Shown here one piece after another: positions 38,357 through 47,449 of a stretch of DNA of 64,000 nucleotides (position 1 is its first letter; each line of letters starts with the position of its first letter). The notes under the pieces are model-generated. The model did not search any database and was not told the DNA's origin. It saw nothing but the letters and a program-made list of their open reading frames with translations. Source of the stretch: Candidatus Omnitrophota bacterium (GTDB taxonomy: Bacteria; Omnitrophota; Gorgyraeia; Zapsychrales; Zapsychraceae); assembly GCA_021108075.1 (NCBI GenBank), contig JAIORP010000090.1, positions 79,828-143,827 of the forward strand. Direction: 5' to 3'. The position numbers were made by a program, and so were the translations under genes.

Positions 38357-38434
38357 AGGCGCTGTGACCCTATTTACGAAAGGGTGGGGATAGTGTAAAG
38401 TAACAGATATCTAGCCTATTTCGCCCTAGTCACC

Positions 38435-40087
38435 ATGATGTCGAAAAAGAAAAAAATTTTTAATTTGTTATTTGTCATCCTTTTTATCTTATGCGTTGGT
38501 TTCTTTTTTAAAAACAATGTTTCCATAAAAATATACCGTCACTTTAAAGCAGCAATTTCAACGGAAACAGAAAGCACGTCACATAATGAAAAATATGGGG
38601 GCACGCTTGTCTTGGGAACATCCAACGCCCCTGCAATTATAAATCCGATACTTACGCAGCATAGCGTTTCAGTCATCCTGATAGGTTTAATTTTTGATTC
38701 ACTTATTCGTGTTGATGAATCCGGGAATGTTGTTCCGGGGCTGGCCTATAAATGGGACATTTCTGATGACGGCCTAGATTACATTTTTTACCTCAGAGAA
38801 GATGTTTATTTTCATGACGGTGTGCCATTAACCGCGGAAGATGTTAAGTTTACCTATGATTTGCACCGTTCCAAAAATATTCCGTCCTTCCGGTATGTGA
38901 GCTATGATGCGGTTCAAGACATCGTCGTTTTGGATAAATTGACAATAAAAGTTTCTTTGAAAAAGAAAAATATTTTTTTCCTGAGACGGCTATTGTCTTC
39001 CATCGTCCCCAAACATGTTTATGAGGGAAAGAATTTAGCTGAAGCGGATTTTAACTATGCGCCGGTTGGCAGCGGGATCTATAAATTTCATTCGTGGAAT
39101 AAAACAACGAATCAGATTGAATTGGTTGTCAATGAACATTATTTTGACGACCGGGCAAATTTAGACCGGATCATCATCCGGACATACAAAACGATTCCGC
39201 AATTATGGGCCGCGTTATTAAGAGGCGAAGTCGACCTCATAAAATATATTTCCCGCAAGGATTATAATGTTTTGAAAAAAGACCCGACTTTTCAGACATT
39301 TAAAATTGTTGGGTTTATCTTCTCGGCGATATATTTTAACCCGGACAGCCAGCTATTGTCAGACCCTGAGGTGCGCAAAGCCGTTTCGATGAGCATTGAT
39401 CGCAAACAATTGATTGATGCCTTGTCGCAAGGAGGCGCGGAATGCTATTCCCCCCTGTCGATGGACAGAGACAAAGAGAGTGACACATATCGCTATGATC
39501 CTTTAAAAGCAAAATTAAAACTCATGCACCGCGGTTGGATGGATGCGGATGGTGATGGGATATTAGAAAAGGATCTTCAGGATTTTGAAATACGCTTAAT
39601 GGTTAATCAACGCAGTGATTTTTTTACCAAATTAGCGCTTCTTTTACGGCAGCAGTTGAGCGAGGTCGGCATTAAGGTGACAATATTGTTATATGCCGAC
39701 GAGTCGGACTTGAATACGGATTATGTCCGAACGCATCGGGCCAACGCGTGGCTGCGTTTTTTTATGGGGGGAACGAGGGATGAAGATCGATTGTATCCTA
39801 TTCTCGGCACGTGGAGTTCATCTTCCAATCTGTTCGGTCAGATATGGAAATATCATAATCCGGAGATTGACCGCATTTTTAACGCTGTCAGCCAGGCGGA
39901 CAAACCTGATCGCGAAAAATTGTTCCGGCAGGCCGGTCAAATTTTATTCGAGGACCAACCGGTCAGTTGCCTGTTTTACACGGAAGATTATCACGCGGTT
40001 TCTGCCAGGATTAAAAATGTTGAATTTTTTTTTTATGGCTATGTGTCAGCTTATTCGATCAAAGATTGGTACATTCAAGATCATTAG
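38435..40087 (+). CDS. Solute-binding protein, family 5 (OppA/DppA-like peptide-binding), membrane-anchored
   Basis: N-terminal signal anchor and an SBP_bac_5-like core (GGTLVLGTSNAPAIINP...). No permease or ATPase genes are adjacent. Confidence 0.8.
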   Translation: MMSKKKKIFNLLFVILFILCVGFFFKNNVSIKIYRHFKAAISTETESTSHNEKYGGTLVLGTSNAPAIINPILTQHSVSVILIGLIFDSLIRVDESGNVVPGLAYKWDISDDGLDYIFYLREDVYFHDGVPLTAEDVKFTYDLHRSKNIPSFRYVSYDAVQDIVVLDKLTIKVSLKKKNIFFLRRLLSSIVPKHVYEGKNLAEADFNYAPVGSGIYKFHSWNKTTNQIELVVNEHYFDDRANLDRIIIRTYKTIPQLWAALLRGEVDLIKYISRKDYNVLKKDPTFQTFKIVGFIFSAIYFNPDSQLLSDPEVRKAVSMSIDRKQLIDALSQGGAECYSPLSMDRDKESDTYRYDPLKAKLKLMHRGWMDADGDGILEKDLQDFEIRLMVNQRSDFFTKLALLLRQQLSEVGIKVTILLYADESDLNTDYVRTHRANAWLRFFMGGTRDEDRLYPILGTWSSSSNLFGQIWKYHNPEIDRIFNAVSQADKPDREKLFRQAGQILFEDQPVSCLFYTEDYHAVSARIKNVEFFFYGYVSAYSIKDWYIQDH

Positions 40088-40133
40088 TCTGGCATTTATC
40101 GCGTAACAATAATGATGAAAGGAGGTGAAAATC

Positions 40134-40244
40134 ATGACCATTATTAAAAGAGGGCATAAAGAATTAAGCCAGGCTTCTATCCTTGCATGTTGCTGGCCTC
40201 CAGGGTGTGAAATCATGGATCTTCCATGGGAAGAAGGCGAGTAA
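40134..40244 (+). CDS. Candidate RiPP precursor peptide, 36 aa: MTIIKRGHKELSQASILACCWPPGCEIMDLPWEEGE
   Basis: Too short for the ORF track. Strong SD AAAGGAGGTG 7 nt upstream. It sits in the 46-bp gap between the SBP and the rSAM gene, and its C-terminal half is Cys/Trp-rich. Confidence 0.5.
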   Translation: MTIIKRGHKELSQASILACCWPPGCEIMDLPWEEGE

Positions 40245-40271
40245 GTTTTTAATCATTATTAATGTTACGGT

Positions 40272-41681
40272 GTGCTGTGGGTCCGCAGCACACCGCGCAG
40301 GGGAGATCGTGTGCTCTTATCCAAATATTGTGTCATTGTCCCTGATTACCCGTATAAAGGGCAGCACGTGGTGTTCCATACCGGGACCCAGGCCCTTGTT
40401 CTGCTCGATTCGCAGGCCCTGTCATACCTTAAAAATGAAATACGCTTAAATACATTGCCCCCTAAAAAACAAATAGAGTATCAAAAGATGCTTCCCGAAT
40501 TGCGTCAGATGGGGATACTTGTCAAAGACCAGCAGGAAGACGCCGCTTACCTTGAATCTTTTTTTGATCAGTTAAAACGTCAACGCATCAGAAAAACATG
40601 GCCTGTGACCATTTTGACAACAGACGCCTGCAATTTTCAATGCGTTTATTGTTTTGAGGAAAATGCCCGCCGCAATATTGCGATGAATTTAGAGGTGCAA
40701 ACAGACACACTGGCTTTCATCAAAAATCGGATGACCAGCGATAAATATGAACGGCTCTATGTGACTTTTTACGGGGGGGAGCCGTTATTAAAACCGGCGG
40801 TGATCACACATCTCGCTTCGAACTTAAAAAATTGGTCGAAGAAGGCGGGTGTCGTTTTTGAATTTATGCTCCAGACGAACGGCTATTTATTAAGCCCGAA
40901 TCTGGTGCGCTCCTTGATTCCGTTAGGTCTGGACCAGGTCCGTGTCAGCTTGGATGGTCCAAGAGATGTTCATGATGCGCGCAGACCGTTACGTTCGGGA
41001 GGGCGGACGTTTGATACGATTATAAAGAATATTTTAGCCAGCATGGATTCGATTAAAATTTGCGTTTCCGTCTGCTACGAGAAAGACCATTTGCAGGATA
41101 TCGACGCGCTTTTATCCTTTTTAAAGCAAAAAAATATGCTGCATCAATTGGGACGTTTTATTTTTTCCCCGATTCATCCCCGGTTAGGGACGCCTGAGGA
41201 TAAAAACCGCATTCAGCATTTTGATTGCATGATCAATTATCAAGACGCCAATTTGGTCCAATCGATTTCCGTGATACGAGACATATTAAAAACCTATGAT
41301 GTGGACGATAGCCGGAAGGGATTAGCGATTTCAGCCTGTCCTTTGATGCGCGAAAAAGGAGGTTTGACCATCGATCCGTGCGGGTATATTTACAAATGCA
41401 ATTCCATGATCGGTTTTTCGAAATTTTCCGTCGGTCAGGTGAAAGACGCACAGTTTAACCCGCGTGCGGATTATTTCGTGTCTTTAGATCCCTGGCGGTC
41501 CTGTCCGAATGATTGTCCGTATCTTCCCCTTTGTGGTGGGGGATGCCGGATGTCCGCGTACTTTAAATATAAAGATTTTAAAGAGCTGGACTGTCATCGT
41601 GATTATTTGGATCAGATGATACCGGTTTTTATCAAAGAAGAATATACCCGTTTGACGACCGAAAAGCAGTATTCCTCATGA
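40272..41681 (+). CDS. Radical SAM/SPASM-domain peptide-modifying enzyme (AnSME/sactisynthase-like)
   Basis: CNFQCVYC (CxxxCxxC) follows a ~115-aa N-terminal extension that resembles a peptide-recognition domain. C-terminal SPASM Cys clusters (CPLM...CGYIYKC...CPNDCPYLPLCGGGC). The GTG start is uncertain. Confidence 0.85.
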   Translation: MLWVRSTPRRGDRVLLSKYCVIVPDYPYKGQHVVFHTGTQALVLLDSQALSYLKNEIRLNTLPPKKQIEYQKMLPELRQMGILVKDQQEDAAYLESFFDQLKRQRIRKTWPVTILTTDACNFQCVYCFEENARRNIAMNLEVQTDTLAFIKNRMTSDKYERLYVTFYGGEPLLKPAVITHLASNLKNWSKKAGVVFEFMLQTNGYLLSPNLVRSLIPLGLDQVRVSLDGPRDVHDARRPLRSGGRTFDTIIKNILASMDSIKICVSVCYEKDHLQDIDALLSFLKQKNMLHQLGRFIFSPIHPRLGTPEDKNRIQHFDCMINYQDANLVQSISVIRDILKTYDVDDSRKGLAISACPLMREKGGLTIDPCGYIYKCNSMIGFSKFSVGQVKDAQFNPRADYFVSLDPWRSCPNDCPYLPLCGGGCRMSAYFKYKDFKELDCHRDYLDQMIPVFIKEEYTRLTTEKQYSS

Positions 41682-41717
41682 TCTTCCTGACAATATATTT
41701 TCCTTCGCCTGTTTATT

Positions 41718-41831
41718 ATACCAAATCCATTAAATAATAACCAAAACCGATTCTGCTTTCCTCGACTTTTTCGCGAGAATATCAGAATTGAAATAGAACA
41801 ATTGCATTTTTCGGGTTAATGGATTTGGTAT
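41718..41831. repeat. MITE/REP-like repeat, copy g (subfamily B)
   Basis: TIRs ATACCAAATCCATTAAATAAT / TTAATGGATTTGGTAT with an inner inverted repeat TTCTCG...CGCGAGAATATC. Confidence 0.65.
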
Positions 41832-42206
41832 TATTTTAAGTTTATGCCTGTCCGTGCAGAAGCGAACGCAGGTCAAGGACAGCTTATCTGCAACGGTGAT
41901 CGAATACAAGACAGAACTCCTGCTGCCCGTGTTTGCCGGATTTGTCTGCGATAGATCCGGAGAATAAAAGCTAAGGAATATTACTTGAGCGACAAAACCG
42001 GCTTAAATTGTTGGATTTATCGTTGAAAACATCGCGAAGGCCTTCATTCTGCCAGAAGCTTGAATGGCGGCTGACATTGCGGGTATATGCTCCAGGCAGG
42101 AGAGTATAAATATCTTTTGATAATAGCTGGATATTATAGTAAATTAAACTAAGAATAATTTAAAGATAGAGATCGAAGGAAAATAGTATCTGTATGCTGT
42201 CCTGCT

Positions 42207-44012
42207 ATGAAATCATTCTACCTAAAGTTAAGAAATTTTATGCCCCGCCGTATCTGGTCGCAGATCTTTATCGTCCTTATTATCGCGGTTATTGTTCCCC
42301 TTTCTCTCCTCGGATTTCTTCTTACGAGTACCAGCCAGGAAGCTGTTAAAGTCAGTGTTTTGCGGGATTACAAGCAAATTGCGACACAAGCTACCGGTGA
42401 AATTAGTCAACACATTTTAGGTGCGAGACAAGCTTTGAGTGTGACGGCGTCTATTTTAGGCACATTGCATGCAGATAGGTGGCGGCAAGAAACAACCATC
42501 GTTGAGTTAGCATTAAAATATCCTATTTTTACCCGCATTGCCTCCATTGATAAAAGCGGACTGGAAATAACAACATCACAGTTAGGAGCACCGCTTCAAA
42601 ACAGAGCAGGGGATGTGCCTTTTATAGAGGCGATGAAAGGCGTGGAATATTTATCTGCCGTCATATTAGCGGACAATTATATCCCTCAAATGACAATGGC
42701 CGTGCCGATTAAACGCCTAGGAAAAATTCAGGGGGTTTTATTGGCGAACCTGAACTTGCGTACGGTTTGGGATATCGTCGACAAGTTGCGTTTTGGCCAA
42801 ACAGGGGAGGCCGTCATCATTGATCAGACAGACCGGGTGATTGCCCATCAGGACAAAAAATTGGTTTTGAATAATCCCAAAAATTACATTGACGGTTTTT
42901 TGAAATATATTCAGCCTGGTGTTAGCGGTAGCGCAGAAATCGTCGATAACAGTAATCGCGGGGTGATCATTGCCTACGCTCCGATAACGGATTTGAATTG
43001 GAAATTGATTATCTTTCAAAAACAAGAAGAAGCGTACTCATTTCTGAAAAAGATGCAATATCAATCACAGATTATTTTTATTTTTAGTCTGGTCATAACG
43101 ATTTTTATTAGTATCTTTCTTGCCCGGTGGATGAGCCAGCCTTTAAACAAAATTATCCAGGGGACCCAAAAAATAGCCCAAGGTGATTTTTCTCAATTTT
43201 TACGCGTACAGCGTCGAGATGAAATTGGTAAATTGTTCTTTTCTTTTAATCGCATGACGCGACGCCTGCGGGAAGCGAGAAAAGTGGAGAAATTGTCCAT
43301 TATTGGAAAAGCTGCCGCGGCGATTGCTCACGAATTAAAGAATTCCTTGGTTCTTGTCAATACGTTTATTGAATTGTTGCCGAAAAGGCACAAGGACCAG
43401 AAATTTATTAAAGAATTTTTTCAAACGGTTCCTCAGGAGTTGGAATCCTGGAACACCATGTTAAAAAATATGATGAGTATTAACCCTCCGGAACTAGAGA
43501 ATATTCCTTTCAGTGAACTTTCGATTAATGTGATTGTCAAAAATATAATCACATTGGTGCAGATGAAAGCCGACCAAAAAGACATTGCAATCAAATTATC
43601 ATTTGATGAAGCCAATCCTGTGGTCCAATGCAATGAAGAAAAAATAAGACACGCGATTCTAAATATTATGACAAATGCCTTAGATGCCACCCCTTATGGG
43701 GGAGAGGTGGAAATACAAACAAAATGCATTTTGCGTTGCCAGGATCGGTTGGAGTCTAAGGTGGAAATTGTGATTATAAATAGTGGCCAACATATTGATG
43801 AATCAAAGATCGATAAAATTTTTGAGCCGTTTTATACCACGAAAGGGGGTGGATTCGGTTTGGGCTTAGCGATTAGCATGGAAATCGTCAAAGCTCATAT
43901 GGGTACGATTACGGTTGTGAATCAATTTCCGCAGGGCGTTGTCTTTACCATTATTTTGCCTTCCAAGAACGTTTCTGCTTCGACACCATCTAAGACCAAA
44001 TTCAATAAATAA
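42207..44012 (+). CDS. Sensor histidine kinase (2 TM, extracytoplasmic sensor domain, HAMP, HisKA, HATPase)
   Basis: TM1, a ~260-aa periplasmic domain, TM2, HAMP, H-box IAHELKNSL and G-boxes GGFGLGL. Confidence 0.85.
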   Translation: MKSFYLKLRNFMPRRIWSQIFIVLIIAVIVPLSLLGFLLTSTSQEAVKVSVLRDYKQIATQATGEISQHILGARQALSVTASILGTLHADRWRQETTIVELALKYPIFTRIASIDKSGLEITTSQLGAPLQNRAGDVPFIEAMKGVEYLSAVILADNYIPQMTMAVPIKRLGKIQGVLLANLNLRTVWDIVDKLRFGQTGEAVIIDQTDRVIAHQDKKLVLNNPKNYIDGFLKYIQPGVSGSAEIVDNSNRGVIIAYAPITDLNWKLIIFQKQEEAYSFLKKMQYQSQIIFIFSLVITIFISIFLARWMSQPLNKIIQGTQKIAQGDFSQFLRVQRRDEIGKLFFSFNRMTRRLREARKVEKLSIIGKAAAAIAHELKNSLVLVNTFIELLPKRHKDQKFIKEFFQTVPQELESWNTMLKNMMSINPPELENIPFSELSINVIVKNIITLVQMKADQKDIAIKLSFDEANPVVQCNEEKIRHAILNIMTNALDATPYGGEVEIQTKCILRCQDRLESKVEIVIINSGQHIDESKIDKIFEPFYTTKGGGFGLGLAISMEIVKAHMGTITVVNQFPQGVVFTIILPSKNVSASTPSKTKFNK

Positions 44013-44099
44013 TTCTTCTGATTTCTCCTCGTTATTTGCATAAAAGCATTCGTAAAAAATGATGAGATTTTTTGAAATTATTGAATGAAATTGGTATAA
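43993..44099. repeat. MITE/REP-like repeat, copy h (subfamily A), left TIR overlapping the HK stop codon
   Basis: ACCAAATTCAATAAATAATT...AATTATTGAATGAAATTGGTATA. The internal sequence aligns with copy a, and the last 6 codons plus stop of the HK lie within the TIR. Confidence 0.55.
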
Positions 44100-44194
44100 T
44101 TACGCAGCGTTGATTTTTTGCCGTCTTTACGTCCACCTGTAAGAATGATGATTTGATCTGGTATTTTTTATATGTTTTTATAAAATATATGAAG

Positions 44195-44222
44195 AAAAAG
44201 CAGAAAAAAGTCAGTTTTTTCC
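44195..44222 (+). promoter_or_regulatory. Conserved upstream motif GAAAAAGCAGAAAAAAGTCAGTTTTTT (site 2), followed by a CTATTTACA -35-like box and TAAGAAT -10
   Basis: Paralogous to site 1 at 38334. It lies 64 nt upstream of the AraC-type RR gene. Confidence 0.4.
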
Positions 44223-44285
44223 GGATTGAAACTATTTACAAATTATAAAAATTGCGTAAGAATAATAGAAACGGAGGGGGAGGAA

Positions 44286-45038
44286 ATGATATCTGAAAGA
44301 ATCGTGGTTATTGATGACAACATGAAAATTATCAAAAGTATTAAAATGGCGTTGATCGAGTATGAAATTATCGATTTCCCCTGCGGGGAAAAAGCCATTG
44401 AGTTTTTTAAAAAACCAAATGAGATTAACCTGGTGCTTTTGGATGTCTTTATGGATGGGATGAACGGCATAACTGTCTTGAAAGAATTAAAAAAAGTGAA
44501 CAAAGATTTATCCGTTATCATTATGACGGCCTATGGCTCAAAGGATATTGTTTTACAGGCCTTGCGCAGCCATGCGGATGACTTTATAGAGAAACCGTTT
44601 AACATTAATGATTTAAAAGGAAAGATAAAGAATATTTTGAAGGAAAAAATCTATCTTTCATGCGCCAATTCTTCCAAAGAAGAGCAGATTGACCGCATTA
44701 AACGTTTTATCGACCGGAATTACAATAATGCTAACTTAGAATACATTTCAAACGAACTTTGCATAAGTCCTAAATATTTAAGCCGTATGTTTAACCGAAA
44801 GAGCAACTGTTCTTTTCGGACTTATAAACTCGGTGTCAAAATAGCTAAAGCAAAGTATTTTCTTAAAGAGACGAATATAAATGTTAGTGAAATTGCTGTT
44901 GAATTGGGATATCAGAACCCGGAATCGTTTATGCGGATTTTTAAGAAGATAACGACGATGACACCTATGCAGTATCGGAAAAAGTTTAACCTTAAACAAC
45001 ATCGATCAAACAATATGAAAGCTGCCGTATCATTTTAA
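44286..45038 (+). CDS. Response regulator with AraC-type HTH output domain
   Basis: REC domain (VVIDDN...LLDVFMDG...) plus a C-terminal AraC/XylS HTH. SD GGAGGGGGAGG. Confidence 0.8.
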   Translation: MISERIVVIDDNMKIIKSIKMALIEYEIIDFPCGEKAIEFFKKPNEINLVLLDVFMDGMNGITVLKELKKVNKDLSVIIMTAYGSKDIVLQALRSHADDFIEKPFNINDLKGKIKNILKEKIYLSCANSSKEEQIDRIKRFIDRNYNNANLEYISNELCISPKYLSRMFNRKSNCSFRTYKLGVKIAKAKYFLKETNINVSEIAVELGYQNPESFMRIFKKITTMTPMQYRKKFNLKQHRSNNMKAAVSF

Positions 45039-45041
45039 ATT

Positions 45042-46226
45042 ATGATGAAAAAAATATTAATCGTTGATGATGATAATTGCACACGTTTATCGATTAAACG
45101 TCTCTTATCCTCATATGATGTGATTGAAGCCAATCATGGGCAAGCTGCTATCGAGCTGGTTCAGAAGCATGCCCCCGATCTTATTCTCCTAGACCAAATG
45201 ATGCCGCAAATGGATGGGTTGGAAGTTTTAAAAAGAATTAAGGCGATCGACGAGGATATTCAATGTGTGATTGTGACGGCACAGGGCACGTTGCAGTTAG
45301 CCGTGCAAAGTTTGAAGCACGGGGCATTGGATTTCATTGTGAAACCGTTCGAGGCCTTTGTTCTTTTGCATACGGTTGAGCGGGCTTTAGAGCACGTGGA
45401 CCTCATTCAATCCAAACGTAAAGTGGGTCAGGAAAAGGAAAAAGCACAGGCAGAGTTGCTGCATTATAAAAATGATTTGGAAAAGATTGTCGAAGAAAGA
45501 ACAAAAGAGTGCAAAGAGGCGCAACAGAAAGCAGAAAAGGCGAATAAGGCAAAGTCTGAATTTCTCGCTAATATGAGCCATGAACTGCGGACACCGATGC
45601 ATGGAATTTTGAGTTTTTCTAAGTTTGGTGTCGAACGGTATCAAGGGGAAAAGAGAGAGACATTAAGGGACTATTTTGGGGAAATAAAAAGTTGTGGCGA
45701 CCGCTTGCTCAACCTGTTGAATGATTTGCTGGATTTGTCAAAATTAGAAGCGAACAAAGTCCAGTATCAATTTAATCCTGTTTGCATTCAAGATTTTTTT
45801 CAATCTGTCGTGGATGAACTGAAGGCCTTTTCCGCTGAAAATGGAATCGAGTTGAAGTTGGACGGCAATGCTTTGACGGAAACCGTTAACCTTGATAAAG
45901 AAAAAATGGTTCAAGCCCTCCAGAATTTATTATCTAACGCCATTAAATTTTCTGCGAAGGACAAAGCGGTTGTCTTGTCGGCGGAGCATCGGCAAGAGCA
46001 TTTTTTGATCGCTGTTCAAGACAATGGCATTGGAATTCCGGATGAGGATTTAGATACTATTTTTGACACGTTTTATCAAAGTCAGCTGACAAAGTCAAAA
46101 GATCAGGGCTCAGGTTTAGGTTTATCCATCGCACGCAAGATCATATCGGATCATAACGGATTGGTCTGGGCTGAAAATAATCCGGATGGCGGCGCGATTT
46201 TTTATATCCTCCTGCCGAAGGATTAA
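45042..46226 (+). CDS. Hybrid signalling protein: N-terminal receiver (REC) + HisKA + HATPase (cytoplasmic)
   Basis: REC (LIVDDD...LLDQMMPQMDG), coiled-coil, H-box MSHELRTPM and G-boxes GSGLGLSIA. Confidence 0.85.
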   Translation: MMKKILIVDDDNCTRLSIKRLLSSYDVIEANHGQAAIELVQKHAPDLILLDQMMPQMDGLEVLKRIKAIDEDIQCVIVTAQGTLQLAVQSLKHGALDFIVKPFEAFVLLHTVERALEHVDLIQSKRKVGQEKEKAQAELLHYKNDLEKIVEERTKECKEAQQKAEKANKAKSEFLANMSHELRTPMHGILSFSKFGVERYQGEKRETLRDYFGEIKSCGDRLLNLLNDLLDLSKLEANKVQYQFNPVCIQDFFQSVVDELKAFSAENGIELKLDGNALTETVNLDKEKMVQALQNLLSNAIKFSAKDKAVVLSAEHRQEHFLIAVQDNGIGIPDEDLDTIFDTFYQSQLTKSKDQGSGLGLSIARKIISDHNGLVWAENNPDGGAIFYILLPKD

Positions 46227-46238
46227 GGGGGTGTCGTT

Positions 46239-47327
46239 ATGAAAACAGAAGAAAAGTTTTTTGTGGACGCGACGAAAAATAGAATCTTAATTGTTGATGA
46301 TGAACATGTCAATATCCGGATTCTTAAGACCATTCTATCTGACGATTATGATTTGACCGAAGCTTCTTCAGGGGAAGAAGCTATTGAACTGGCCGAAAGC
46401 CAAAAATTTGATTTGATCCTATTGGACATTATGATGCCGGGCAAGGATGGTTATGAGGTCTGTCGTTATTTGAAGACCAGTAAAAGGCATGCAACCATTA
46501 AAACGATTTTGGTATCAGCCCGGGCGATGCTGGAAGAGCGCTTGAGGGGATACGAGTGTGGAGCGGATGATTATATCGTTAAACCGTTTGACGGGGATGA
46601 GCTTCTTTCAAAAGTAAAAGTTTTTTTACGTTTAAAGTCGATGGCCGAGATCGAAGAGATTAAAGGCAATTTATTAAAACTGATTGCGCACGAACTTCGA
46701 ACCCCGTTAAACGGCCTATTAGGGTTTGCGGCTTTATTAGAAAAAAGCAAAACGATTAGTGATGGTGATAAGCAATATGTTATGCACATTCTTAGCTGCG
46801 GGAATCGGCTGCTGGAGTTCTCTCAAAAAGCACTTTTATTATGTGACCTAAAAAGCAATTATAAGATAACTAAAAAAGACAGGCATTTAGTCAAAATACT
46901 GGAAGAGACCATCCGCTCTCTTCAATGGAAGGCCGTGGATAAAAAAATACGCTTTTGTGTTGTCAATAAAATGGATAAAGTCGCAGCGTTTGATCCAATG
47001 ATGATGAATTTTGCTATTCGGTTTGTTCTTGATAATGCCATTAAGGTTTCACCTCAAGAAAGTGAAATTGCTATACATATTGAAGAGAAGAACGACTGGT
47101 GTTATATTCATATCCAAGACCAGGGTCCTGGCATCAGCAATGGGCAGATGGATCAAATTTTTCAATTGTTTATTGTGGATGATGTGATGCAGCATAGAAA
47201 TGGCCAGGGGCTGAGTTTGCCTATAACCAGAGAGATTATGCGTTTGCATCAAGGACGCCTGCGAATATGTAATAATCCATCCTCAGGGGCAACAGTTGAA
47301 TTGTCTTTTCCCCTTGTAAGTGAATAA
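46239..47327 (+). CDS. Second REC + HisKA + HATPase hybrid kinase
   Basis: REC (ILIVDDEHVN...LLDIMMPGKDG), H-box IAHELRTPL and HATPase (NGQGLSLPI). Confidence 0.8.
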   Translation: MKTEEKFFVDATKNRILIVDDEHVNIRILKTILSDDYDLTEASSGEEAIELAESQKFDLILLDIMMPGKDGYEVCRYLKTSKRHATIKTILVSARAMLEERLRGYECGADDYIVKPFDGDELLSKVKVFLRLKSMAEIEEIKGNLLKLIAHELRTPLNGLLGFAALLEKSKTISDGDKQYVMHILSCGNRLLEFSQKALLLCDLKSNYKITKKDRHLVKILEETIRSLQWKAVDKKIRFCVVNKMDKVAAFDPMMMNFAIRFVLDNAIKVSPQESEIAIHIEEKNDWCYIHIQDQGPGISNGQMDQIFQLFIVDDVMQHRNGQGLSLPITREIMRLHQGRLRICNNPSSGATVELSFPLVSE

Positions 47328-47449
47328 GATAAGTTTAAGCTGGAAATATCTTTTCGATAATCGAAAATAATAACCATGCTTAGCGTTGACATTAATACGA
47401 TAATATGTTATTTTTACATTGGATCGATAAGTTTTTTTTTGATTAGAAA

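Noticed and set aside
40183-40449. 88-aa + strand ORF (MHVAGLQ...) between the SBP and the rSAM gene
   Set aside because: It is out of frame with, and overlaps, both the SD-preceded 36-aa peptide ORF and the rSAM start. It has a TTG start and no SD, so the short peptide ORF is the better model.
8897-44099. CRISPR array explanation for the recurring ATACCAAATCCATTAAAT sequences
   Set aside because: Copies are dispersed over 35 kb, occur in both orientations as inverted pairs, and have no regular repeat-spacer periodicity. No cas genes are present.
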